This document shows positions 50,588-63,041 of a stretch of 64,000 nt of DNA, piece by piece. The notes under the pieces are model-generated. The model ran no database searches. It was not told the DNA's origin and saw nothing but the letters and a program-made list of their open reading frames with translations. Origin of the DNA: Sphyrna mokarran (Eukaryota); NCBI GenBank assembly GCA_024679065.1, contig JAGIQG010000014.1, positions 32,550,001 to 32,614,000 on the forward strand, in the 5' to 3' direction. Position 1 is the stretch's first letter. Each line of letters begins with the position of its first letter. A program made the position numbers and the translations under genes.

Positions 50588-52043
50588 ATCTGATCTTCAG
50601 GTCGTCGTTGGTTACGGGTATGGTTCCGGAAGACTGGAGGATAGCGAATGTGGTCCCGTTGTTCAAGAAGGGGAACAGAGACTTTCCAGGCAATTATAGG
50701 CCGGTGAGTCTTACTTCTGTTGTGGGCAAAGTATTGGAGAGAATTATTAGGGATAGGATTTATAGTTATTTAGAGAGAAATGAATTGATTGGGGATAGTC
50801 AGCATGGTTTTGTGAAGGGTAGGTCGTGCCTTACTAACCTCATTGAGTTTTTTGAAAAAGTGACCAAAGAGGTGGATGGGGGTAAGGCGGTTGATGTGGT
50901 ATATATGGACTTTAGTAAGGCGTTCGATAAGGTGGCCCATGGAAGGCTTCTGCAGAAAATGCAGATGTATGGGATAGAGGGTGATTTAGCTAATTGGATT
51001 AGGAATTGGCTAGCAGATAGAAGACAGAGGGTGGTGGTTGATGGGAGATATTCATCGTGGAGTTCGGTGACAAGTGGTGTACCTCAGGGGTCTGTTTTGG
51101 GGCCCCTGCTGTTTGTAATTTTTATAAATGATCTGGATGAGGGTATTGAAGGATGGATTAGTAAATTTGCAGATGACACTAAAGTCGGTGGAGTGGTAGA
51201 TAGTGAAGAGGGGTGTTATAGTTTACAGAGTGACTTGGACAAGTTGCAGAGCTGGGCCGAGAGGTGGCAAATGGAGTTTAATGTGGAAAAGTGTGAGGTA
51301 ATGCACTTTGGCAGGAATAATAAATGTGTAGAGTATAGGGCTAATGGTAGGACTCTTAATAGTGTTGATGAACAGAGGGATCTTGGTGTATATGTGCATA
51401 GATCCCTGAAAGTAGGCAGTCAAGTCGATAAGGTTGTTAAGAAGGCATATGGAGTCTTAGCTTTTATTGGTAGGGGGATTGAATTTCGGAGCCGCAACGT
51501 CATGTTGCAACTGTACAAAACTCTAGTGCGGCCGCACTTGGAGTATTGTGTGCAGTTCTGGTCCCCACATTATAAGAAAGATGTGGAGGCATTGGAGAGG
51601 GTACAGAGGAGGTTTACCAGGATGTTGCCTGGTATGGAGGGCAGGTCTTATGAGGAGAGGCTGAGGGATTTGAGGTTGTTTTCGTTAGAAAGGAGGCGGC
51701 TAAGAGGGGACCTTATTGAAACATATAAGATGATTAGAGGTTTAGATAGGGTGGACAGTGATAGCCTTTTTCCTAGGATGGAGAAAGCTAGCACGAGGGG
51801 ACACAGCTTTAAATTAAGGGGTGATAGTTATAGGACGGATATCAGAGGTAGGTTCTTTACCCAGAGGGTGGTTAGGGAGTGGAATGCCCTGCCTGCGGCA
51901 GTTGTAGATGCGCCAAGTTTGGTGGCGTTTAAGAGGTTAGTTGATAAGTTTATGGAAGAGAAGGGAATGGTTTAGTTCGGAGGGTCATTGCTTTTTTCAT
52001 AATTGGTCGGCGCAACATCGAAGGCCGAAGGGCCTGTTCTGTG
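50588..52043 (+). mobile_element. Young CR1 LINE copy C with an uninterrupted RT domain and C-terminus (5'-truncated)
   Basis: 464-aa ORF with NYRPVSLTS, QHGF, DFSKAFDKV, GVPQGSVLGP, FADD; no stops; lacks the endonuclease. Confidence 0.98.
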
Positions 52044-52454
52044 CTGTAATGTTCTATGTTCTAAAACTTTTGGAAGCTTTCTAAGGTAATTCATCAAAAG
52101 TCCTACATTAACCAAAATAAAAAGCTCAAAGCCTTTTCATTATAGAATATAGATAATAGTACTGGTGATGGAAGAAATTAATCCAGAAAGGATCATAATT
52201 TATAAATATACATAAAATCTTTACATAAGTAAAATTTACAGCAACTGCAAGATTGTTAAAATGCTAAATTATTACAGAGAAATCAGTGTTCCTTTCTTTC
52301 TCTGCGTGAACTAAAGAAAACTGTGCAATATGGCAAGAAATGAGATATAACACCCAGATGCATCATTAACTGACACTTAGATTAGTCTGAGATTGCAGTT
52401 CAAATTTGGGTTTCAAACGTTCAGAAAGCAAAGCATGAATTAACTTCAGCTTAC

Positions 52455-52652
52455 CATGATGTAAACCATTTTTCTGATACATATTACTGGGCAAAGTTTC
52501 TCTATCCCATTCAGAAGGCTTTAACATTCGATCTTGCTTGGGTGGTGGAATCAGCTGTTCACTATATTCCCAGAAGTATCTCCTTTTACTCCTTTTTCTG
52601 GAAATACCTGTTACTGCATCCTTCACATCATCTACTGTGTCATTTTCAAATC
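52455..52652 (-). CDS. CREBRF: CREBRF coding exon (FENDTVDD...KRRYFWEYSEQ...NGLHH/G)
   Basis: aaacag|GA TTT...CAT G|gtaag, 198 nt, phase 1/1. Confidence 0.97.
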
Positions 52653-53599
52653 CTGTTTACAAGAAAACAAATGCAATATTGACAACATTCTGAAACTAGC
52701 ACAATAAGAAAATTGCATCAACGCACTGCAGACAAGGAACACCAATAAGAGCAGTTCCTTTCTGAAATAGCTGTTCTCATCATATTATAGAATCATAAAA
52801 TCCTACAGTGTAGAAAGAGGCCACTTGGTCCATCAAGTCTACACCAACTATAATTCCACCCTGGCCCCATCCCCATATCCCTATATTAATAAACTTAAAT
52901 TTCTGACTCAATAGCTTTTTTCCTTTATTTTCCCCATTATCCTTTCCTTTAGCTGTTCTCCACCAATTCTTTTGTCATTTAATTTTTCGTGCCTTCCATT
53001 CTGTACAAATCTTCTTTTTTGTTTTGTCACTTGTTGAAAACCTATCTCTCTAACTTTTCTCCATGTTTGAAATGTCATCAACCTGAAGCATTAACTCTGT
53101 TTTTCCTCTCTCCAAAATGCTGCCTGATCGACTGAATATTTCCAACATATTTTGATTTTGTTTTAAATTACCAGCATCTGCAATATTTTCCCTTGTTTGC
53201 TGGATTGCTTTCTTTATGAATAGAGGAATAGAATACAAGGAAGTTATGATGGCTAGTCCTCAGCAGGAGTACTGCGTTCATGCCTGAGCACAGAAGTTAA
53301 GGAAGGTTGAAGTCTTTGAGAGAGTGCAGAATAAATTTGATAGAATGATACCACGGATAAGGGCATGGTCAGAGTGAACAGTGAAGAAGCTATAGCTATT
53401 TCCTTCCAGTAGAGAAGTTTATGGTGAAGTGCAATAGAGACTTTTGAAACTATAAACGCTTTTAAGAGAAAAAGAAACTGTTTCCCTCATTGATTGTTAC
53501 TGTAGCATTGGAATTTAAAATGACTGGTTTAAAAAAAAGGAAATTTTATGATGAAAAAAAGTATGTGATTTTGTTATATATTTAAATACGGTTACTTTC

Positions 53600-56500
53600 A
53601 TAACCAGTCTCAACATCAAATTCAACAACCACCAGAGTGCAGAGTTTAACTATTGTCAGCTTAAAAAAAGCACTGAATATATTTTTTGTCATAAAAGTCA
53701 TTATTTATGTGGTCATCATTTCACATTATTGACTGATCATTAACCCTTAATTGTTATGTTTGGGCCATATAAAAGGCATACTTTTGTTAGCTGCTTTCTG
53801 ATTACAAAGATGGTCACTGAAGTTGTCTACACACTCCTAAGATATAAAATATGACAGTGTAATGCTAATGCATTATCATGCTTACCTTTACCTACTGAGC
53901 AGATGCCACCAATTTGTTTTGTTAATATTCTTTATTTTTCCCTGATAGATCATTTGGCTGTGACAGCTTCTCAAGTTCAGAGATATACCAGAAATGATAC
54001 TGTGACGGGAAAGGTGATAGATATGGTATTGAAAGGTATGATAGCTGAATGCTTCGTCCACATCTGATCTGATACCTTGATATGCATCAAGAAAGCTTGA
54101 GATGACTGTCCAAGTTTGGTGTTTACTGTGAGGAATATGAGTGGTCATTCCTCCTAGTCTGCATGAAAGAGTTCTTGAAAAACACATGAATAGCATCGTA
54201 ATCTAGTCTGGATGAAGGAATTTGCTGTTATTTTTGGTGGCCAGGTCTGGATGTTCAGATTGATGAAAGTGGGACAGCGTCAATCCTTTGTGCAAATAAG
54301 AAATACACCAACTTTATTCCCTTTACACCCGTAGGAGTGGTCTAAAATGCAATGGCAACAATTGCACACAAATTTTGCTGGTCCATTTGAGGGTGATATA
54401 TTCTTAGTCATAACTAGTTCAGATGCAAAGTGGCCAAAAGTTATCATGAAGTCTACATTTGAACAAACTGTGGAAAAACTTGACAACATGCAAGTAAATT
54501 CTGGTGAGACCAGAACATATTGTTAACAACAATGGTTCACAGTTTACTTGACAGGAGTTTGAGAATTATCTCAAAATAAATGGTACTCGACCTATAAAAT
54601 CCACACCTTATCATCTGTCAACCAATGGGTTCGCTCAATGTTTCAAAGAGCAAGGTTCATGTTGTGTGAATAGTTATTTGGCATCCTATAGAAACACTAC
54701 TCATATGGCTACCCACAGTTCACCTGCATTAAGAGAAAGTTGAGAATTATTTGTGCACTGAGTGTTACCTGGCTGTGTGAAAGTGCTTTTGGTGTTGGGT
54801 GGAAACAGGGGTTTGGTGAAACTGGCAGCAGAGGCCACAAGGGAGAGTGCTGATTGGTAAGCAAGTGCTTCTCTCGATTCTCTGAAACTTGAGTGAGTTT
54901 GGACTAAACAAAAACTAAATCACAGGAGGATTATGATTTAGACCATAAGACAAAGGTGCAGAATTAGGCCACTCAGCCCATCAAGTCTGCTCCACCATTC
55001 AAATTATGGCTGATATTTTTCATCCCTATTCTCCTGCCTTTTCCCCATTACCCCGATCCCCTTATTAATCAAGAACCTATCTATCTTTGTCTTAAAGACA
55101 TTCAATGACCTAGCCTCCACTGCAGCCACTCTCTGGCTGAATAAATTCCTCCTCATCTCTGTCTTAAAGGATCATCCTTTTAGCCTGAGGTTGTGTCCTC
55201 TGGTTCTAGTTTTTCCTACTACTGGAAACATCCACATCCAATCTATCCAGGCCTCGCAGTATCCTGAAAGTTTCAGTAAGATCCTTCCTCATCCTTCTAA
55301 ACTCCAATAAGTACAGACCTAGAATCCTCAACTGTTCCTCATATGACAAGCTCTTCATTTCAGGGATCATTCTTGTTAACCACCTCTGGATCCTTTCCAA
55401 GGCAAGCACCTTCTTCCTTAAATATGGGGCCCTAAATCGTACACAATATTCCAAATGGGATGTGACCAGAAGCTTATCCAGCTTGAGAAATACATCCCTG
55501 CTGTTGTATTCCAGCCCTCTTAACATGAATGCTAATATTACATTTGCCTTCCTAACTGCCAACTGAACCTGCACATTAACCTTAAGAGAATCTTGAACAA
55601 TGACTCCCAAGTCTCTCTGTGTTTCTAAATTCCAAGACATTTTCCCATTTAGAAAATAGTCGATGCCTCCATTTCTCCTCCTAATTGGCTAATAGGGAGC
55701 TGTGTTAAATTTGAAAGTTCATTCAAATTACTAGTTAGAAATTGCGTTGAGATTGAGGTAATAAGGAGATTACATAATAAAAAAAGAGGGTCAGGTGATG
55801 TGTTTTCATTTGATGACATGGGAGGTGATCAACTCCATTATGGTTCCAAGTAACCAAGTCTGCAGGAGAGCGGATAAGCTGGATTCTCAGCTTTGGACAC
55901 TGTAACACATCAGGGAGGAGATGAGATAGCTGGACACTGCATTCCAGGAATCTGCCACCCCATTTAGATTAAATACCTTGAATTCAGCCAGTGATCAGAG
56001 ACAGGAAGGTGTGGCTACGAGAGAGGGAAATAGAGGAATACAGGAGGTAGAGTTGCAGAAGCCTCAGTCCCTGAATTTGTCCAACAGGTTTGAGATTCTT
56101 GCTCCCTGTGTGGAGAGGAATAGGTACTGCAGGGAGGATGAGCAAACTGACGATGGTACCATGGTACAGGGAGCCATTCAAGTGGAGGGGAGAAAATAAT
56201 GTAGTTGTAATTGGGGATATTATAGTTAGGGGCAGTGACACTGTTCTCTGTGACCAGAATCGAGAATCCCGAAGGTTATGTTGCCTGCCTGATCCTCGGG
56301 TTCAGAATCTCCCATCTGGGCGGCAGGAGAAGAGTGGGAAGGTAAAGATCCAGTTGTCATGGTCTATGTACGTAACAATTATACAAACAGAACAGGAACA
56401 AAGGAAGTATGAACAGCTAGGAACCAAATTAAAAAGCAGAATCAAAAAGATAATAACCTCTAGATTATTACCTGAGCCACAAGCTAATTGGCACAAGGTC

Positions 56501-59500
56501 AATAAGATGAAGGAGGTAAATGTGTAGCTCAAAGATTGGTGTGAGAGGAATGGATTTGAATTCATGGGACCAGTACAGGGGAAGAGGGGGCCTACAGAAG
56601 AGAGGACCTGTTGTGATGGGACAATCTTCATCTGAATCATGCTGGAACCAGAGTCTTGGCGAATCGTACAACTAGGGCTGTAAATAGGGCTTAAAACAAA
56701 ATAGTGGGAGGGAGGGTTCAGTTGTATGGAGAATTAGAAGATCAAAGTTAAAGGACAAAGTAGTAGTACAGATTTATGATGAGGACTTTCAACTAATTAA
56801 AGGAGCTGAAGGCTTAGAAGAGTTAGTAAAATTTCAAGACCATGTAATAGAAGAGGGGATAGGAAGTGGCAAGAAATCAATCTCAGGCAGAGCAAAAAAG
56901 GTGACAAGAAGTGAGGTGGCCAATGCAAGATTGAGGGTGTTGTACCTAAATGTGCGCAGTATACAATAAATGAGCTTGCTGCACAAATTGAAATTGGCCA
57001 GTACGCTGTTGTGGGCATCAGGGATGTAACTGCAATCAAGGCTGGGATCAAAACATCCAAGGAAAAGTGTCTTATCGAAAGGACAAGCAGATGGGCAACG
57101 GAGGTGGGGTTGCATTGTCAGTAAGAAATGAAGTTAAATCAATAGTAGGAAGTAATACAAGATCAGAAGGCATAGAATCCCTATGGGTAGAGTTGAGGAA
57201 TCGCAAAAAGATCCTGAGTTATGTACAGCAATAGTCAGGGTATGGGCAAGAAAGTAAAATCAGAAGATAAAAAAGCATACAAAAAAGGCAATATTACAAT
57301 AACCATAGGGGATTCTAATGTGTAGGCAGTGGATGCCAAGAAAAGGAATTTGTGGAATGTCTAAGAAATGGTTTTTTTGGAACGGCCTACTAGAGAACAG
57401 GCAATTTTAGATTTGGTGCTGTGTAAATCAGACAGACTTGATTAGGGAAGGAATCTTTAGACAGCTATGACCATAATATGATAGAATTTATCCTGCAGTT
57501 TCAGAGGGAGAATGAGATGCAATGGTATTACAATTAAATTAAGGTAACAACAAAGACATGAGGGAGGAGCTGACCAGAGTTGATTGGGAAAGAAGCCTAG
57601 CAGGGAAGACAGTGGAATAGCAATGGCAGGAGTTTTGGGGGTTATTCAGGAAGCACAACAGAAATTCATCCCAAGGAAGAGAAAGAGCCACCCAGGGCTG
57701 AATAGGAAAGTCAAAGGCAACATAAAAGCAAAAGAAAAAGCATAAAAAGTGGTGAGGATTAGTGAGAAGCTTTTAAAAGTGAGCAGAGGACAAGTAAAAA
57801 AATGCAATAAGGGAAGAGAAGATGAAATATGAGTGCAAGCTGGCTAGTAATATGTAAGAAGATGGGAAGAGTTTTTTTTCAATACATAAAAGATGAGAGA
57901 GGCAAAAATAGACATTGGATCATTGGAAAATGAGGCTGGAGAGGTAATGTAGGAAACAAAGAAATGGTAGAGGAACTGAATAGTTACTTTGCATCAATCT
58001 TCATGTAGAAGACATCAGTAGGATGCCAAAGCTCTAGGAGAATTAGGGGCACAGATAAGTGCACTAGCCATCACTAAGGAGAAGGTAAACTGAAAGCTTT
58101 GAAGGTGGATAAATCAACTGGACCAGATACATTATACCCAGGGTTCTAAAAGGAGACAGCTGAGGAAATTGTAGAGATTTTGGTGGTGATCTTTCAGGAA
58201 TGACTGGAGGCAGGGAGGACTAGAAAGTACATAATGTAACACCATTGTTAAAAAGGGAGGGAGGCAGCAGGCAGGAAATAATAAGCTGGTCAGCCTGACT
58301 TTGGTCATTGGCAAGATTTGAGAATCCATTACTAAAGATGAGCTCGCAAAGTACTCAGATGTGCATAATATAGACTGAGTCAGCACAGCTTCGTCAAGGG
58401 GAGGTCGTGTCTGACAAATCTATTAGAGTTCTTTAAGGAGGTTACATGGAAGTTTAGATAAGGAAGAACGAATGGCCATGATTTATTTAGATTTCCAGAA
58501 GACCTCTGACAAAGTGCTGCATGAGAGACTGTTAAATAAGAGCCCATGATTTTAAGGGTAAGATCCTGGCACGGATAGAGGATTGGGTGATTGGCAGAAG
58601 GCAGAGAGTGGGGATAAAGGGGTCTTTTTCAAGATGGCAGCTGGTGATTAGTGGTGTGTCTCAGGGGCCAGTGCTGAGACCAGAATTTTTCACTATATAT
58701 ATTAACAATTTGGAGGCACTGTTGCTAAGTTTGCAGATGATACAAAGATACGTAGCAGGACCAGATAGTATTGAGGAAATGGGGGGAGGGGGTGGTGGTG
58801 GTGCTGCTGCTGCAGAAGAACTTGGGTTAGGAGAGTGGGCAAAGAAATGGCAGATGGAATACAACGTGGAGAAGTATGAGGTTATGCTCTTTGGAAGGAG
58901 GAATGGAGACACAGACTATTTCCCAAATATGGAAATACCGAGGAAATCAGGAACACAAAGGGACTTGGGAGTCCTTGTTCAAGATTCTCTTAAGGTTAAC
59001 GTGCAGGTTCAGTCAGCAATTAGAAAAGTAAATACAATGTTATCATTCATGTCGAGAGGGCTAGAATACAAGAGTACTTCTGAGGCTGAATAAGGATCTA
59101 GTCAGGCTCCATGTGGAGTATTGTCAATAATCTGGGTCCCGTATCTAAGGAAGGATATGCTGGCCTTGGGAAGGATCCAGAGGAGGTTCACAAGAATGAT
59201 CCCTAAAATGAAAAGCTTGTTATATGAGGAATAGTTGAGGACTCTGGGTCTGTACTCGTTGGAGTTCAGGAGGATAGGGGTAGGGTGGGGGTGGGGGGAA
59301 ATCTCACTGAAACTTACAGGATAATGCAAGGCCTGAATATAGTGGATGTGGAGAGGATGTTTTCACTCGTAGGAAAAACTAAAACCAGAGGGCACAATCT
59401 CAGGCTAAAGGGACGATCCTTTAAAACAAAGATGAGGAGTAATTTGTTCAGCCAGAGAAGTGGTGAATCTGTGGAACTCTGCCACAGAGGACTGTGGAAG

Positions 59501-60456
59501 CCAAGTCATTAAGTGTCATTAAGACAGAGATAGATAGGCTCTTGATTAAGAGGGGAAAAGGCAAGAGAATGGAGATGAGAAAAATATCAGCCATGATTGA
59601 ATGATGGAACAGACTTGATAGGAGCAGAATTGAGCAAATCGGCCTATGTCTTATGGTTTTATGTTTGATTTGTTATTAGAAGTTTCCAAAATAGTAAAGT
59701 TATATGAACATCAAGTTGCTAGATAAGACACAAGGGCATGACTGTGCTCATTTAAACAAGGAGATCAAGTGCTCAGCATGTAATTATGCCATAAGTGAGA
59801 AATATGTACCAGGCACAGTTAGAATAAAAATAGCTCCAATTTCTTACATGGTTCAAAAAGAAAATGAACTAGTTTGTCTGTGCTGACCAATTGTTGTCAT
59901 CTCAAAGTGATTTCTCAGAATCACTTCCAGAAGTACCAACTTCTTCAGTCCCTACTGTGAAAGGCTTTGGTGAATCAGAGTTGCCTGATGATTGTCTATA
60001 TGCAACCATACCATGAGAATAATACAGAATTAGTTCTGAGAGAAGATGTCTTCTTAGGTCCTAAATCATTCTTCTAGGGATAAAGACGGCCAATTTCCAG
60101 AACACTGTGTACAACTATAGAAGAATAGTAGTCCTGTTGATTGGCTTTCTTATTGTCTAATGATGCATAGTGAAGAATCTAGAGTATTATCAATTTTATG
60201 TATAATATTGCAGTAATTTGTTGTCATGACCACAGAAGCAAAGAGGGAGGGATATTATATATTTAAATGGTTTCATATTGCTTTAAGTACCTGTCATTAT
60301 TTGATGTGATGTCATTGGTGTTGTGCAGGCTGCTGTTTTAGTTTCAGTTTGTACTCTGTATATGCTAGAGCTCCTAGAATAAATTTGTTGTTAGTCATAA
60401 TCTATATGTGCAAACCACATGTTTTTCTTTTTGTTTAAAATCCACAATATCTAACA
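53600..60456 (+). mobile_element. Decayed Gypsy pol (RNase H and integrase 53600-54750; integrase C-terminus 59680-59900; PPT ~60238-60252; 3' LTR ~60253-60456), split by a CR1
   Basis: HFTLLTDH.PL, LQRW, WWPGLD, FAGPFEG, NGSQFT..EF, PYH.STNG remnants; aagagggaggga before an LTR ending ctaaca. Confidence 0.75.
54750..59665 (+). mobile_element. Near-full-length degenerate CR1 (5' region, ORF1 with SGNH esterase remnant, endonuclease, RT, tail), with an antisense CR1 3' fragment at 54940-55680
   Basis: LSNRFEIL, VVIGD.IVRG, LHLN..G in ORF1; YLNVRSI endonuclease start; RT motifs. Confidence 0.9.
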
Positions 60457-61172
60457 TAGGTAGGACATACTGAGAAGGTGTGAGAGAACAGATTCAATAG
60501 TTTGCGTAAAAGGAAACTAGAAATATACTCGAAGACAAAATATTAACAGGGTTATGGGGAAAGAGCAAGATATGCCAACTTCTTTCTTATGCGCTGCAAT
60601 CTTTATATGATTTTATGATGTAAGAAAATATAATCAATCTCTTTATTTGTACACATTCTGTATTTCCTTCGGATTTAAAAAATCTGTACCAATTATTTGT
60701 TAAACGTAGCCAGTATCTTTTGATCAATTCTGTGCTACTGTGCCATATAACAAATTCCCTATTTTAGTTACGTGCTCCAAGTGTTAGCCTTTCTTATATA
60801 AAAGGATATGTTACCGATTGGTCCTGTTACCTTAAAAAATATAAACATGAATCTGATTGCACTGTTCTCCAATACCTCCTTTGTATTGAAGTGAAATGAT
60901 TTAAATAACCCCCTCCAGTATACTGAAAGATACTATATGACTCAGGATGCCAAGAAGCAAATTATAAGTGGATACTTTATAATTTGACAACAACATGAAC
61001 CCAAAACTATAAAACTTTTATAAGTACATGCATTCTAATATTAGATCAAGCAAAATGGGATACAAATATCAACACTGACCAACTGGAGATCTTTTGTACT
61101 ATAAATTCTGTGTATGTTAGTTAGTGAAAGTTTAAATATTATTTAAGTTTTAACACAATAAATCTCAAGTAC

Positions 61173-62232
61173 CGGGTTCAGAGAAGGTGTCACTGACATC
61201 ATCATCCTTGTCTTCCTCCTCGTCATCATCATCATCGTCATCTTCCTCATTATCACTGTACTCATGCTCACTGCCAAATCCTTCATCATGGTCCTCATCG
61301 TCCTCATCATCTTCATCATCTTCAGCTTCCTGCTCAATACTGGGAGACTGTTCATTCAAACCATCAGAAACAAATAAAGAATAATTGTGTTCTTCCTTTT
61401 TCTGAGTGTGGTCAGGAAGAGATGGCGATAAAATTTCAACTGTTTCGACTTGAGCGTTCAGATCATTTGCTTCTTTGAATACTGTGGGTGTTTTATTGGA
61501 GTAAATATTTTCTGCATTGTTCTTGTCTAGTTTTCTAATTGCAGGTCCAGTATCACTGCAACAGGAATCAGCTGGTAAATCACTGTGCACCTGGGTAGCA
61601 CCCAAAGTTGATTTACCAAGTGGTGCTGGATTGATCCACAACTTAGCTTTTTTAACAAAGTCTTTGTTATCCACAAGAACAGATCCAATTTTGGTGTTAA
61701 GGGGTTGAAGTTTATTGCAGATGTCCACAGTTGGACTTGAAGAAACAGACTTAGCTACCTTTTGGGTAGTCTCAGGTAAGCAAGCATCTATACAGGGACT
61801 CCTGGCAGATGACACTGGTGGTACTGCCCTGTTTCCTGAAAACTTTTTACCAGCCAGAGAAGTCAATGAATTTTGATTTAAACTCTTTAGTAGATCGGGA
61901 TGATATAACGAATCCAAAACAGGCTGGGAATCTTCACAGTTTAACTGGGCCAAGGTTGGAGTCCTGCTGATGACCTCTTCGTTTTGATAAGGACTGGAAA
62001 AGTCATCTAGCCCAAGGAAATCCACTTCCTTGGTTCCCCAAATGTCGTAGCTAGTTAATTTTGTGTATTTAGTCAAGTCTTCCCAGCATGTATCCCACTG
62101 CTCCCAGTTTGAATTAAAGGAAGGATCTGAATCTAGTAATTCATTTAAAGGCTCTAAAATTTCAATGTCTTTACAATCTCCCAAAATAAGAGGATCATCT
62201 CTCGAGCTGTGAGTGTAAGTCATCTCTCTATC
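61173..62232 (-). CDS. CREBRF: CREBRF large coding exon (DREMTY...SDTFSEP/G) with acidic tract
   Basis: tttcag|GAT AGA GAG ATG...GAA CCC G|gtactt, 1060 nt; conserved WEQWDT.WEDLTKYTKLTS.DIWGTKEVD.LGLDDFSSPYQ.EEVIS.TPTLAQLN block. Confidence 0.97.
61195..61330 (-). repeat. GAT/GAG/GAC-rich low-complexity tract encoding the Asp/Glu acidic region
   Basis: (tca/tcc/tcg)n on the plus strand, inside the large exon. Confidence 0.9.
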
Positions 62233-62915
62233 CTGAAAGAAATGAAAACATTCTATTAAAAACAGCATATTAGGTAGATTGGGGAAAAAACAAAAAAACA
62301 TCTTAACAAATTTTTCCCTCCTGCCCAGATAACAGAAATAAGTTTTATTTAGGATATTATTCAAGCACAATTGGAAGATCTGGTAGATTCAATTCCGCAC
62401 AGCACTCTTACGTGGCTGTTTGTTCACAATTAGATTTTTGGCCCCAGTGAATAAAGAAGCCTCATCTTATAGACCGATTAAAAAAATAGTTGCAGATTTG
62501 ATTCAGTCTGTTTTAAGTTCCCTGATTTCAATTAGACCACTGAAGGATATGACTTTTTGTGCCGGTGCCCCACAATCAGATAGGCAAGTAAAAAGTTACC
62601 AAAGTTCCCATTCTCTTTGTGGTTCGAAGACCCTTACAAAAGATGCTGGTGCATGGTCTCAAATAGACAGAATCAGTCCTTAACAGAGATCTTGCTGTCA
62701 GGGTCAACTGCTTTGTCTAAAGCTAAGTATGAAAAATGGCCAACTTTGCAAGATATTAAGAGTTTGGCTTAAATTGATGGAAATTTTAACCAATTAATAG
62801 CTAGTGCCTTCAAGACAAATGGCAAAAAAAATTACAAAAAGTAAAATTATCATGCACTAAGTGAATCATCTAGAGAAAATGAGTTGTTGAGTTACTTGTA
62901 TACTGCAAATCTTAC

Positions 62916-63041
62916 CAGTTCGTACATGAAATCAGGATCGGAATTATTCCCCAACAAATCTGTACTGGTTAAAGCCTGGTCTGGAAATGGGCGGTTACAA
63001 AAGGCATCCCCAAATGGAGGATCCATTCCGCTAACATTGGG
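62916..63041 (-). CDS. CREBRF: CREBRF coding exon (human exon 3 equivalent), PNVSGMDPPFGDAF...DPDFMYEL; not in the supplied ORF track
   Basis: tag|CCC AAT...GAA CTG|gtaag, 126 nt, phase 0/0; matches the recalled human N-terminus MPQPSVSGMDPPFGDAF...SDPDFMYEL. Confidence 0.95.

Noticed and set aside
50581-51975. Host gene, retron or other novel RT system
   Set aside because: It is a 5'-truncated CR1 ORF2 with a typical tail; the ATG comes from flanking DNA.
61187-61384. Poly-Ser ORF on the plus strand
   Set aside because: Antisense shadow of the CREBRF Asp/Glu tract.
62233-62370. N-terminal 46 aa of the 401-aa ORF
   Set aside because: Intronic read-through upstream of the acceptor at 62233; the real upstream exon is 62916-63041.
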